Origin: Felis catus
Lineage: Eukaryota
NCBI RefSeq assembly: GCF_018350175.1
Contig: NC_058368.1
Span: 101,434,001-101,498,000, forward strand
DNA: 64,000 nucleotides
Reading direction: 5' to 3'
Shown here: positions 1 through 13,230 of the stretch, piece after piece
Layout: the number at the start of each line of letters is the position of its first letter
Numbering within the stretch: position 1 is the stretch's first letter
Position numbers and translations under genes: made by a program
Notes under the pieces: generated by a model
The model's database searches: none
Seen by the model: the letters and a program-made list of their open reading frames with translations, nothing else
Told to the model about the DNA's origin: nothing

Positions 1-602
1 CTGTTGCATATATTTATTGAAAATAGTCTATTATAGCATAAAACGACTTTAAATATTTTTAAGATTTTTTTGTATTTAATGGAGCATTCCACATATTTAC
101 CCACTATTAAATGTCCATAAAGAATACTGATGTTAACATAAATCACTATGAAAAATTCAGATTATAACTGGTTTATGTTAGCATCTAAATGAAACACTTT
201 GGTAACAAAAAAGAAATACATGCAGTCAACGTCTTTCAATTGCCTGTTATCTAGAAGCGAGTGTGGGCGTGTGGGTGTATATTTCAGGAACATAAGACAC
301 TCTTGGGTCCTCTCAATATAAAGGGTTGTAGTTAAAAAGGGAGTCTCACAAAACTGGAAATTCCAGTTTAGCTTTAGAGATATGTCTACTGACAGCCTTT
401 CATGGAAGAACAAATAGCTAACAGTGAATTTTCCATTTTGATGGTTATTTTTGCAGGAAAAATAAAGGCTTTTTAATCATGTATTCTTACCTGGGAATCA
501 AACTGTTATAAAATATTGTGTTTATATGCTTGATTATCAGGTCTGGGACTAAATCTAATTTTCCACCATAGTAGGGAAAGCATATGTACACATACATGCA
601 TG

Positions 603-607
<5 letters not shown>

Positions 608-645
<38 letters not shown>
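608..645. repeat. (CA)n microsatellite
   Basis: Seen directly; similar tracts at ~12266, 16445, 17927, 38776, 49973 and 55055. Confidence 0.95.
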
Positions 646-648
<3 letters not shown>

Positions 649-1865
649 TAATACACACAGAATACATACCGGCCTATTTTTAGGGGAGATTCACTATACT
701 CTATGAAAACTATTATATGTGTCTTTATTCAATTATTTTGAAACAGACCCTGTCTTAAGGAATTCTTTAATGGAGTTTATACAATCTTCAAGGCACAATT
801 ATAAGTAAATTGTGTCATAAAACTGTAGACACTTTTAGCTCATTTACCCAAAGCCTTGCAAAAGCCATCTATAAATAAATACTCATATATGCTGTGAGAG
901 AATACAGGAAAATTATGACATAAATCCCCACCCGAAAGGAAATAAGATATCCTTGTAAAAACAGTAGTGACCATATGAACAAGACAGGATTTTGCACATA
1001 TATGCGAATTGCATTTTATTCTGATTTTATACAAACATTTGGCAGCTTTCCCCATCTTTTCTGTTTTAAAAGACCGAGTTAAGGAAGAAGAAAATCATGT
1101 TTGTATTTTTTATCTTGCATTACTTGTGTCTTGACCACGTAAATGATCCTATGCCTTTCAAGGATCATTCTTGGAGTGTGTATTGTGTCAAAGTCAGACA
1201 CACTGAGTAAAGAACTCATTCTTCTCACTGGAAGGGGAGAAAGCAGACATGCCTCCTCTCTCCTCAAGTTATGGTCTGAGAAATTCTGCTTTCTTGATGA
1301 CCTGTAATTTAAGCCTGAGTCCCTCGTCGCTGTTTCTGTACAGGAAATCTGTATACGTTGTATTAGAGACCACATATGTTACACTTCTTTCTGCTTTTTG
1401 TGTTGTCTGCAGGCCTGGAAGGGGGGTTTCTCTATACCCTTTAGAGCCCCTGGAATAACACAGAACCTCAAGACTTTGTTGAGCAGGTGTCTGAATTTAC
1501 CGTGTTCCTCAGGAAACCGTGGAAAAGCACTAACAGAGGGTGGCTTGCTCTCCCGAGCATGTGATTGCCCCCACTTAAAGGATAAGTGGGGACACAGGTG
1601 GCTACATGATTTTCACAAAGGCAGTGTGCTGTTGTCCTCATTCACTTCGTGAGTTTCAGGGTCTTTTGTGTCGATGAGACAGAGAGTACACGTTGCATAG
1701 TATCGTTTTAGAGAGCGCAATACAAGAATTCACAGGGACTGTAGGCTGAAGCATGCTGATGCAGACCTAGATTAGTTCTGTGATCTCTGATGTGCTTTGA
1801 CTTTCACTGATGTGCCAGTGACTAACCGGGTTCTTTAGATAATGACTACCAGAAATTATTTTTCA

Positions 1866-2090
1866 CGGGGGCGCCTGGGTGGCTCAGTCGGTTAAGGGTC
1901 CGACTTCAGCTCAGGTCACGATCTCGCGGTCCGTGAGTTTGAGCCCCGCGTTGGGCTCTGTGCTAACAGCTCAGAGCCTGAAGCCTGTTTCGGATTCTGT
2001 GTCTCCCTCTCTCTCTGCCCCTCCCCCGTTCATGTTCTGTCCTTCTCTGTCTCAAAAATAAATAAACGTTAAAAAAAATTAAAAAAAAAG
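1866..2090 (+). mobile_element. CAN-SINE (SINEC_Fc)
   Basis: ggggcgcctgggtggctcagtcggttaag head, (CT)n, A-tail; TSD agaaattatttttcac at 1851 and 2089. Confidence 0.95.
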
Positions 2091-2306
2091 AAATTATTTT
2101 TCACAATTGTCATGGGGACTCTCTCCTGAGAGTAGAAAACAAAGCCTTGCAAAGCATTTTGTCCTAGCAACGTGCTTTTTTCTTTTTCTTTTTTTTTTTT
2201 TTTCTTGGCGGAATTCGAGCAGTTTGCCTGGCCATTTAGGGACAACGTTTTACATATGAAGCTTTCAAACCGAAATGTAGGAAAAGCAGCTCCTTTAGCT
2301 AAACTT

Positions 2307-2433
2307 GGGGCACCTGGGTGGCTCAGTCAGTTAAGCGTCGTACTCTTCATTTCAGCTCAGGTCATGATCTCATGGTCCTGACATCAAGCCCCAGATCGGG
2401 AGGGCTCCATGCTGTGTGTGGAGGCTCCTTGAG

Positions 2434-2483
<50 letters not shown>

Positions 2484-2750
2484 CCTCTGCCCCTCTCCCT
2501 GCTTGTGCATGCCCTCTCTAAAAACAAACAAACAAACAAAAACCTGGAGTGCCTATGTGGCTCAGTCAGTTAAGTAGCCGACTGCAGCTGAGGTCATGAT
2601 CTCATGGTTTGCGAGTTCCAGCCCTGCAACAGACTCTGTGCTGACAGCTCAGAGCCTGGAACCTGCTTCAGATTCTGTGTCTCCCTCCCTCTCTGCCCCT
2701 CATGCATTCATGTCTCTGTCTCTCTCTGAAAAATAAATGTTAAAAAGTTT
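2307..2750 (+). mobile_element. Two tandem CAN-SINEs (2307-2540, 2546-2750)
   Basis: Two tRNA-derived heads, each with CT tract and A-rich tail. Confidence 0.9.
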
Positions 2751-3752
2751 TCCTAAATAATAAAAAAGATGTACAGAACAAATTATGATATTGTCACACA
2801 TCAGAACACTATGCATCTGTCAAAAATGATGGTGATTAATTCCACCTGCATTTATCATGGAAAAGTGCACAGAACATAAAGCCTATTTTAAAAAACGGAT
2901 TGCCCCACAACCTGTAGAGTATTATCCTAATCTCAGAATCCCATGTATTGAGACACATCTGGAAGTATGTTACTCAATCTATGAATAGAGATTATCTTTA
3001 GGTGCTGAAATCCGGCATGGTTTTTGTCGTATTCTAAACATTCTTCTGCATTCTTAAAACTATGACACTGAACATGCTTTACTTGTATATTTTGAACAAA
3101 AAAAGCAGGTGACCTCTCCTCATTTTCAGGTCAAATATTTTTTTTATTAATGACAATGGTTGCTTTTAAAACGTGGGAAACACCCAAGTCCCTTACACTC
3201 TGTAGAGGCACATGCGTTTTATAATTACACAGTATTTTTAGTAAATCAGCGTGAATCTTTTATGTCTGAGGCTTTGTCTAAGAGTAACCAGTAAAACAGG
3301 TGTGCTAGGTGGAGGAGACCATCTGTTTCTCTTCATAGAGATTTTTTTTTTAAGAGGATGGAAAGGATTTAAAATACATCCTCATTGAAAAGCTAGAAGA
3401 AGACAATTAATACCTTTCCTACAATCCAGCATTACCATCTGTTGTTTTGTTTTTTTTTTTCAGGGAACATGTATTCAAAAACAACCAACAAACACTGGTC
3501 ACAAAGTTTTGCAAAAGAAGGCTTTGACTCAGGCCAGAGTGTCAAAGTTTACTTGCCAAAGGCTGTTAATTAATAGCTGAGGTTAAGATGAAAAGAGCCG
3601 TAAATGACGAAGTTCTTTCCAGAAAGTCCCACTTGTGATTAAAGTTTTGTCTTGTACTAGAAAAGTCTGGGGGTCTCTTGAGTCAAGCAGAGAGAATCTC
3701 TCTTTGTTTTCCCTGCTTTCTCGTTTCCGACCACTGCCTAAAGAGACAATTA

Positions 3753-3909
3753 AGGAGCGCCTGGGTGGCTCAGTCCGTTAAGAGACTGACTTCAGCTCAG
3801 GGCATGATCGTGTGGTGTGTGAGTTCGAGGCCCGTGTCAGGTTCTGTGCTGACAGCTCACAGCCTGGATCCTGCTTTGGATTCTGTGTCTCCCTCTCTCT
3901 CTGCCCTGC

Positions 3910-3954
<45 letters not shown>

Positions 3955-3980
3955 AATAAACATTTAAAAAAAAAAAGAAA
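3753..3980 (+). mobile_element. CAN-SINE
   Basis: Consensus head, (CT)n, aaaataaa tail. Confidence 0.92.
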
Positions 3981-4189
3981 AACTTCAGCCCTGAATTGCT
4001 TTAACAATACCTTAGGCACCGTCTGTTGTACTCATCTCAGAGATTTCCAAGCATGACAGAGGTGACCCAGAGGGGTCTGTAGTGTGTCACCATTAAGTCT
4101 AGATAACTACGTAGTTTGAACAGGCAGAGCATATACTGCTTTTGCAATGCTGCATTTTATGTTTTTGAAACGACTTGGCGAAAACCTCC

Positions 4190-4865
4190 AGTAGCCATGA
4201 AAACGCACCGTTCATGTCTCCTGCTGCAGAGTGCACAGTTGATGGGCGGTCCAGCTTTCGGGATCCACATCAGTGTACGACCCGAGGACACATTTCCCCT
4301 CGGCTGTTCCCAGCCGGTGACTAAGCACAGAGGGCTTAGCAGGGCACACCTCTTGCTGCCCAACACGGACACGGGGCTCTCGTACAAGGCTCTTTCCACT
4401 CAAGGACTCACCCTTGGGGGGCGCCTGGGTGGCTCAGTAGGCTGAGCGTCCAACGTCGGCTCAGGTCACGACCTCACAGTTCATGAGTTCGAGCCCCGTG
4501 TCGGGCTGTGTGCTGACAGCTCAGAGCCTGGAGCCTGCTTCGGATTCTGTGTCTCCCTCTATCTCTGCCCCTCCCCCGCTCTCATTCTGTCTCACTCTCA
4601 AAAAATAAATAAACATTAAAAAAAAATTAAAAAAAATAAAGGACTCACCCTTGGGATGGCCAAAACTCACTTAGACCCCTACAGTCTGAGATTTCTTTTC
4701 TATCCTCTTTACTTTCCTTCACGCTTCACAGGGTTAGACCTACATTATGGTCTGATGTCTCCTTCAGCCTCCTCCTACTTCCTTCCCTTTATCTTCCACA
4801 GATAAATTTCCTGCTTGTCTAATTCTATCTTGGCATCTGCTTCTCAGAAGACCTGAACTAACACA
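4190..4865 (+). mobile_element. LTR16-like ERV-L solo LTR split by a CAN-SINE
   Basis: 3' end ..tctaattctatcttggcatctgcttctcagaagacctgaactaacaca matches the recalled LTR16 end. Confidence 0.6.
4417..4640 (+). mobile_element. CAN-SINE
   Basis: Full element with TSD aaggactcacccttgg on both sides. Confidence 0.95.
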
Positions 4866-5261
4866 AAGGCCGATCTCTAACACATGGTCATTTTAATCTT
4901 CTGAAGCATAGTCATATCAGCGAAAATCTATAAACCCAACGTTTATGAATGAAATGCTGATAGCCAGAAATCACAAAATTCTTAGTTACCATAATCACAT
5001 ATTCCATGTAATGTTTTAAATTAGAGGAATGTCAATTTAATTGCATGTGGTTTGTCATGCAGTTCCCAAGGAGACATCGTATCTCTAGAACTCATGTGTT
5101 TCTCTCTTTCTCTCATGGGTATGAAGAACAAAAGAGAGAGATTTCAGTATAACACAAGTTGCTTGGTAAGCGTCGTAGTTTGCTAAGTTATGTGCCATTG
5201 GATTCTTTCCATATAAAAGCAAAATTCTCTTCATTTTAAAAAGCATACCTTTTCAAAGATT

Positions 5262-5474
5262 TAAAAAAAATTTTTTTTTAACCTTTATTTTTGAGACAGA
5301 GACAGAGCATGAACAGGGGAGGGTCAGAGAGAGAGGGAGACACAGAATCGGAAGCAGGCTCCAGGCTCTGAGCCATCAGCCCAGAGCCCGACGCGGGAGT
5401 CGAACTCATGGACCGCGAGATCGTGACCTGAGCTGAAGTCGGACGCTTAACCGACTGAGCCACCCAGGCGCCCC
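5262..5474 (-). mobile_element. CAN-SINE
   Basis: Reverse-complement consensus ending gagccacccaggcgcccc. Confidence 0.93.
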
Positions 5475-5649
5475 AGCAAAGATTTTTTTAAAAAAAAAAA
5501 CCTCTAATTTTGAAATAATTATACACTCAGAGCAAGTTGTAAATATAGTACAGAGAGACACCATACATCCTTCATTCAGCGCCCCCCCTAATAATAAAGA
5601 TTGACTTCCATTTCTATGCACAAATATTTCAAGCTCTAGTTCAGTGGCC

Positions 5650-6428
5650 AATTTATTTATTTAATTTAATTTATTTACTTATTACTTTTTTGATGTTTAT
5701 TTATTTTTGAGAGAGAGAGAGAAAGGGCGGGAAAGGGGCAGAGAGAGGGAAACACAGAATCTGAAGCAGGCTCCAGGCTCTGAGCTGTCAGCACAGAGCC
5801 TGATGCAGGGCTCGAACTCATGAACCACACGATCATGACCTGACCCAAAATCAGACACTTAACTGACTGAGCCACCCAGGCGCCCCTATTTTATTTTTTT
5901 AAATATTTTTTAATGTTTATTTCTCAGAAGGAGAGAGAGAGAAGAGGGAGAGGGAGAGGGAGAGGGAGAGGGAGAGGGAGAGGGAGAGGGAGAGGGAGAG
6001 GGAGAGGGAGAGGGAGAGGGAGAGGGAGAGGGAGAGGGAGAGGGAGAAAACCAGTCGGGCAGGGGCAGAGAGATAGGGAGACACAGCATCCAAAGCAGGC
6101 TCCAGGCTCTGAACTGTCAACCCACGAACCATGAGATCATGACTTGGGATGAAGTTAGATGCCCAACCGACTGAGTCCCCGGGTGCCCCTCAGTTTATTT
6201 AAAAAAAAAATTTTTTTTCAATGTTTTTATTTTTATTTTTGGGACAGAGAGAGACAGAGCATGAACGGGGGAGGGGCAGAGAGAGAGGGACCACACAGAA
6301 TCGGAAACAGGCTCCAGGCTCTGAGCCATCAGCCCAGAGCCTGACTCGGGGCTCGACCTCACGGACCGAGAGATCGTGACCTGGCTGAAGTCGGACGCTC
6401 AACCGCCTGCGCCACCCAGGCGCCCCCC
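5650..6428 (-). mobile_element. Cluster of three CAN-SINEs (5650-5886, 5900-6190, 6200-6428)
   Basis: Three heads on the minus strand; TSD cctcagtttattt flanks the third. Confidence 0.92.
5944..6046. repeat. (GAGAGG)n hexamer array inside a SINE CT tract
   Basis: About 17 consecutive units seen directly. Confidence 0.95.
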
Positions 6429-6509
6429 CTCAGTTTATTTTTAATTAAACAAAACTGATATCCTTCAACCATTTTAACAACCTTCTGGAATTCACTCTAG
6501 GTCTGCCAT

Positions 6510-6690
6510 GGGATTTAGCTCATGTGGTGCCTCTGTAGCATGCACCAGAATCACCTCGGGAGCATGTTTACACAGAGACCCCTGGGCTTTTCTCAAATTC
6601 ACTAGATTTAGGTGAGAGTCCCAGAAGCTGCAGTTCTGATAAATTTCCTGCCGACGCCTGCGATGGTGGCCGAGGCATCTCGTCTGTGAA
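6510..6690. mobile_element. MER5A-like hAT-Charlie MITE
   Basis: tgcaccagaatcacctcgggagcatgtttacacaga.. motif. Confidence 0.55.
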
Positions 6691-7568
6691 CCAAAGGATG
6701 AAAACCGCGGGGAAACTACAGCTAATTCCGTGTGTTCAGAGAGGCAGGGGGAGCAACTCCAAACTCTGTGAGAGTTTAAACGCCCCTCATGGAACTAGTT
6801 GTTTTGTTCCCTGTAAATGTGTGATGGAGAAGACGGAGAAACAGCGAAGCCCGGCCAACGTCCGAAGGTTGTCTTTTCAATGAAATTAAGTTACTAATGA
6901 GTGACAGTGGCATAAAAAGTCAAAACCTGATTAGTCGAGTTGCCATCTGTCCAAAGCAAAAAGCCACCCACAGAGATGAAATGGTTTGGAGAGATGCCAA
7001 AAAAAAAAAAAAAAGGCTTCAAAGTAACCTCTGTAAGTGACTCAGCATTATCCAGAAGAGAGAGGCATTGACTAACCAGTGTGAATGGTCAACCTGGAAC
7101 AGGACCTGATGTGGTCATGTATGTTTCAGACCCCTCCCACTCCCCCTGCACTAACCCCCGAGAAGACTTAATTATTGCTTCCATGATTGCACTTGACACG
7201 CCTATAGGAGAAAAATGGCATTTGCCTTTCTTTCCCGGCAAACTTCTCATCTGCTTGGAAATATTCCCTACATAAACGAACAAATCAGCATTATGGACTA
7301 TATCTCAGGCTCACAGGAGTTTTGTTGCTCCCTAAGTTGTATCAACTCTATAAACTCAGATTGCAGAGAATTTCTGGAACTGCAGGTACTGATATCTGTG
7401 AGAGTGTATTGCCTTGGTCAGTCCAAATTTACACATACACCTGTATCTCATCTCTACACTACACGTCCTGAAAAATCATCCACTTTAAGTGCATGAAATT
7501 TTTTCTTCACCTACAAACACTCCAGAGAAGAGACCACTACGTTTCCAATGTGAGGATTGTCAAGAGCT

Positions 7569-8100
7569 GTGAAGAGTGAGATTTTTACTCTGCCTGCTAC
7601 CTCACAACTTAGCCTATCACAGTCTCATGGATGCTGCTAGAAAACACGAGAGTCCTGGATCAAAGATGAGGGACAGCGATAGGAGTAGCCAGGGCGTCAG
7701 CATTGCTGTGCTGGTTCGCTGACCCCCATCACTCGCGTGACAACATGAAGAGGGCCAGGTGAGCGCAGTAACACACAGGTGGCTGTGTTACAGGAGAAAA
7801 ACCGTGAGACGAGAGAGCCAGGATCTTTTATAACGGGCAGTAAGCATGCTCTAGCGGGAGGGGTTATCTTTGTTACGCTGGGTATTACGCATGCCCGCCC
7901 ATCGTTCCAGAGGCTGATACTATCCCTGTTTTCTGGGCTGCAAGCAAACCTAACTTTTGCTCTAAAGGGCAGCAGTTTATTCTCCAAGTGTGCTCACTAT
8001 ACAAACATCTTTGAGAGTGTCCAGAACAAAAGGCAGTCAGTACCTGGCTTATAAGACGTGCGGAAATGTGAAAGACCCACAGAGGATTGCCTCCTATCAA
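7569..8100. mobile_element. ERV-L solo LTR (MER73/MER74-like)
   Basis: tgtgaagagtgagatttttactct..ttagcctatcacagtctcatggatgctgctagaaaacacgagagtcctgg resembles the recalled MER74 terminus. Confidence 0.55.
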
Positions 8101-8848
8101 GTATATTTAACAAAATTCTGAGTCCTGAAAGCATTAGCTAATCTTAATGGTTTTCTTCGAGAAATCTTGTCCGTCCCTGATGCTATTCATATAAATTAGA
8201 ACTAGGTAAAACTTATGACCCAGGCTAGTCTACTTTCAGATAAAGACAGATTTATTATAATACGTAATATAAAATGGCAGAATATATATATATATATATT
8301 TTTCCAGTCATGCCCTTTCAAATACATGCCCTTTCAAATATCAAGGGAAAAACCTTGATATTTCTAATATTCCCATCATTGTAAGCTTTCATAATGATTA
8401 TTTGGATTCTGTTTTTCTTGCGTTTAGAATTGTTAGGAAATAGGCCAGTTCCGACCTTACCCAGCAAGACGACTCACTAGCTTAGAGCCAGTCCCGAATC
8501 TTGGGCATTTTGAAAGGTTAGTAAAATGTTACACTGTTTCATTATTACTACTGTGGTTACACTTTTCTTCTCCCTTCTGCTTTTGTTTATGTGATGCTAC
8601 AAAATACTTGTGATGCTCCCTTGATAACTCATTCCAGACATAAAGTCTCCTATCAGATGAGAGGGCAGTGTAAAAGAAAATCTTTTTGTGTGTTTATACT
8701 AACTGGAACATACCGTCTTGTTCTCTCTTTCTGATGGGATGGTGAAAATGATCATTTTCATTTGTTGAATTTTGTGTACTTTTCTTTTTAAAAAAGCACT
8801 TAGCATTTTACACAGAGCGAGTGTAAATCTTTAAAATACAGTGGGTAT

Positions 8849-9065
8849 GGGGCTCCTGGGTGGCTTGGTCGGTTAAGCGTCCGACTTCGGCTCAGGTCAT
8901 GATCTCACGGCCCGTGAGTTCAAGCCCCGCGTCGGGCTCCGTGCTGACAGCGCAGAGCCTGGAGCCTGTTTCAGATTCTGTGTCTCCCTCTCTCTCTGCC
9001 CCTCCCCTGTTCATGCTCTGTCTCTCTCTGTCTCAAAAATAAATAAACGTTAAAAAATAAAATTA
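8849..9065 (+). mobile_element. CAN-SINE
   Basis: TSD taaaatacagtgggta at 8832 and 9065. Confidence 0.95.
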
Positions 9066-9961
9066 AAATACAGTGGGTAACCTTGAGGAAATTCCCTGTC
9101 GCTTGTGGTTAAACTCTAAGGGGAAAATGATGACAATCCTTTCTAATTTTTGTAACTGTAATTGTCTACGGCAGATTCATTTGATGTGGATATTAACTTT
9201 GAAGGCAATAGAACCCTCCTCCCTTGGAGTCAGTTATTCTTTCATTATAAGCAGGCTGCTCCCTGGAAGAATAAAAACAGTTTTAGCCTCTTCAAAAGCT
9301 CGTTATTTTGAGGGGCAGGCTCTGGCTTGATAACTGGGACCAGTTCTGGCTCATGGCCAGCTTTGTCTCCTTCCACACAAACATCCAGCGGTTGCCTTGG
9401 ATCACAGACCTGTAGTGTGGAAGACGCATGAGGGAGTTCTGGGAATTCTCCACACTTTAGGCAGACTAAATGGGCAAGCTCCAGGGTCCCCTCATAACAG
9501 GAACGACAGAAACAAAAGCAAAATACATTTTCTGGGGGAGGTTTTGTACTTTTCGGCTGGCGTGATAAAATCTTAGAATTTGTTCAGAAGACGCGGGCAG
9601 GCTATCCATGTATACTATGCCTTTGTTTTTCTTGGTTGATAGCCAACGCTGGTTTCAAGGTTAGGGAATAAGCCTTGATGGGCCAAGGTCACACAGCTGG
9701 CTGGTGGCAGAGTCAGGAGTAAAACCCACCGCCCTTCCCTGTCAGAGGTGTTTTTCGCTATCCTGCTTCCCCGGGCACTGGGCAGATGCTATCTACCCTT
9801 CTCCTCGTGCCTGGACTCTGGGCAGTACTGTGTCGGATGAATTAGCCTCAGGCATAAATTAGGCAGTTTTCATTAATGCTTAAAGATTATTAGGGTGCCA
9901 TTAGCAAATGAGACTTTTAGTGTAACTCAAGGCATGCTAGTAACTTAAAAGAATTGATGTT

Positions 9962-10480
9962 TGGGGCACTTCAGTTGGTTAAGCACCCGACTCTTAGTTT
10001 CAGCCCAGGTCATGGTTTCACTGTCTCATGAGTTCAAACCCCGCATCGGGCTTTGCGCTGACCGGGCAGAGCCTGCTTGGGATTCTCTCTGTCCCTCTCT
10101 CTCTCTGCTCCTCCCCTGGTCACACTGTCTCTGTCTCTCTCAAACATAAATAAACTGAAAAAAAATTTATATTCCTCAAAGTACCTTGAACCAAAATTGA
10201 ACATTTTAGTTGAATTGACTAATTTAATAATCCAAAACTTTTGTCCTCCCCCAAATTATTTAAGAATGTATACTTTTCCGGGCACCTGGGTGGCTCAGTT
10301 GGTTGAGTGATCAACTTCAGCTCATGTCATGATCTCACAGTTCATGAGTTCGAGCCCTGCATCGGGCTCTGTGCTGTCAGCTCAGAGCCCCTTCAAATCC
10401 TCTGTCTTCCACTCTCTGCCCCTCCCCTGCATGTGCGCCTTCTCTCTCTCTCTCAAAAATAAAATAAACATTTAAAAAAG
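9962..10480 (+). mobile_element. Two CAN-SINEs (9962-10170, 10280-10480)
   Basis: Consensus heads and tails. Confidence 0.88.
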
Positions 10481-10974
10481 TATGTACACTTTTCATCTGA
10501 TGAAAATTCTATCGTATTCTCTTCACATATTCACCTTGGTGTCTATTAATGAATCCCTGAGTGGTTGCATAGTGATTTACCTGTGTCACATACTTTTACT
10601 CAGTGACAGAAACTTGACAATAAAGATGAATCCAATACTCCCTGGACTCAAGTCTCTCACGATTTAAGAAAGAATAAAAAATACATAAATAGAAAGTCAC
10701 CTGGCTTGAACAGGAGTGCAGGGAGTCGTAATGTTGAAAGACCTTCACTTTCTAAAATATATTTGAAAATCTCTTTTGCTACTAATACAGAATCTTATTT
10801 TACTCAGATAATCAAGACCATTAGTTAATAATATTAATGGAAAACTAGAGCATATAAATATAAAATATATTTCAATACTGCTTATTAAAAACACAAGATT
10901 TTTATATTTTTCTAGGGACTTACATGTACATAGTCTTACTTCATTTCGAAACAACTCTGCGGGGGGCGGGGGGC

Positions 10975-11440
10975 GGGTGGTGCCTGGGTGACTGTCAGTT
11001 ATGTGTCTGACTCTTGGTTTCTTCTGCTCAGGTCATGATCTGGAGGCTCCATGGGTTCCAGCCCCACATCGGGCTCAGTGCTGACAGTGCAGAGCCTGCT
11101 TGGGATTCTCTCTGTCCCCCTCTCTCTGCGCATCCCCCAATCGCATTGTGTCTGTCTCTCTTAAAATAAACAAATAAACATGGGGCGCCTGGGTGGCGCA
11201 GTCGGTTAAGCGTCCGACTTCAGCCAGGTCACGATCTCGCGGTCCGGGAGTTCGAGCCCCGCGTCAGGCTCTGGACTGATGGCTCAGAGCCTGGAGCCTG
11301 TTTCCGATTCTGTGTCTCCCTCTCTCTCAGCCCCTCCCCCGTTCATGCTCTGTCTCTCTCTGTCCCAAAAATAAATAAACGTTGAAAAAAAATTAAAAAA
11401 AAATAAATAAAAATAAACAAATAAACATTAAAAAAAACAA
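10975..11440 (+). mobile_element. Older CAN-SINE with a young SINEC_Fc inserted in its A-tail
   Basis: Second head at 11182; aaataaacaaataaacat duplicated on both sides. Confidence 0.9.
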
Positions 11441-11751
11441 CTCTGGAAAGTAGGATATAATGCTCTCATCATTTTACAGGTGAGGCACTTGGACTCAGAA
11501 ATTTGGCATCGAGCATATTGTAATGGGTTAATACACTGTGAACTTACTGATATCTATCTCTGATCCTTGCCCCTGATCAAGGTCCTCTAAGCTGGGGCTC
11601 ACACTTAACGCAGATTTTAACCCCAGGCCATTTTTCTGGGCCCCTGAATCACTTCCTCTTTTGTCTACCACGGGAAGCCTGAAAGAAACGTAAATTCACT
11701 TTGCCTCAGCCACTGAAGCCTGGAGTAAAACTTCAACAGAAAGTAGCCCAT

Positions 11752-12270
11752 TGTATGTTCTTGGAACCCTTGCCAAAGATCAGCTGCCTGTACATGTGTG
11801 GGTTTATTTCTGGGTTCTCCGTTCACTGGACTGTCTTTATGCCAGTACCATACTGTTTTCGACAGATGAATAGACAAAGAAATGTGATATATACATACAA
11901 TGGAATATTATTCAGCCTTAAAAAAAGGAGGAAATCTTGCTATTTGTGACAGTGTAGACAAGCCTGGAGGACCTTATGTGAAATGAAATGAGGCAGTCAC
12001 AGAAGGACAAACACTGTCTGATTTCACTTACAGGAGGTATCTGAAATAGTCAAACTCATAGAAGCAGAAACCTTAAAAGTGGTGGCTACAGGCAGGAGGG
12101 CAGGGGGAAGGAGGAGCTATTGTTCAAGGGATATAAAGTTTCAGTTAAGGTAAATGAATAAGTTCCTGAGACCAGCTGTGAAACATAGTGCCTGTGCTTA
12201 ACAACATGTATTGTGTACTTCAAGAAGATTTGTGAAAAGAGCTGATCTCTCCTTAAGTGTTCTCAACACA
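11752..12270 (+). mobile_element. 5'-inverted L1 3' fragment (L1MA/MB-like)
   Basis: 11752-11859 is antisense L1 ORF2 (gccagtaccatactgtttt); 11860-12270 is the sense L1 ORF2 end and 3'UTR (caatggaatattattcagcc). Confidence 0.75.
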
Positions 12271-13029
12271 CACACACACACACACACACTCACACACACA
12301 CATTGTAGCCTAGATTAAAAGGTTAAAAAAAAATGGTCTTAACCCGTCACAGGCTAAACTGTCAAAGACCAGAACGCCAAACCAACCAAACAAGCAACTA
12401 CATCCAAAAGACATCCTTAGCCTTCCTAATGGTCAAGTAGAACTTTCTCTCATCAGATACACATCCCATCTTCAGTGTGTAAAGTTTCTACTTTCCAAAG
12501 GCAGAATGAGTCAAAGGGAGAAAGGCTGGCCTTCCCAGTCCCCTGAGTTTGCTATTATTCTACTCTCTTTCCATCATTTCCTGGCTAGCTTACCACAGCC
12601 AACACTGTTTACGTGCTTCCGGTGATTTTGGGGTTTTTTTTTTTTTTTTACTTCTTTCTTTTCTTGTCATCAACTAGAACCCCTCAGAGAGGAAATTCAA
12701 GTGACTAGGGGTAAAAAAAAAAAAAGTGTGGCCAAAGAATCCGAATCAGTATTTTGTCTTACTTCAGGTTCATCCCATACATCAAGCCCTATCTCCGAAC
12801 CTCTTTATATTTTTAATTTTGCTTCAGTCATTTGAGGGTTATTCATGAGTACTTAAGCAAAACTGCCCAAATTAAGGAATAAAAAATTCCAGAGTTTTTA
12901 TATACTGATTAGCCACCCCTAAGTTAAAGAACTATTTGTCTTTCAAAGCAAACTATGGTTAGAAGTCTTTCAACACTAATTAACTTAGAGTAATGTAAGC
13001 AGTCTCTAATTTTTACTTTGATTTATAAG

Positions 13030-13230
13030 GCTAACGAGTGGGGTCTGGAGTCAAACTGCCTAGGTGTGCCTGATCGGGGACTTCCCCACGCATTCACTGT
13101 GTGATCTTAGTTATTCAACTTCTCAATGACTCATTTTGCTCATCTAAAAGAAATCATGGATAACGAAAGTATCTATCTCATACGAATGATGCTTTAGGAC
13201 ACATGAGGTGTTCAGAAGAAATGTCGTCTT
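13030..13230 (+). mobile_element. MIR
   Basis: ctggagtcaaactgcctaggt..tgtgtgatcttag..ctcattttgctcatct core. Confidence 0.6.

Noticed and set aside
8309..8340. 16-bp tandem duplication catgccctttcaaata x2
   Set aside because: Ordinary slippage duplication; only two units and no spacer, so not CRISPR-like.
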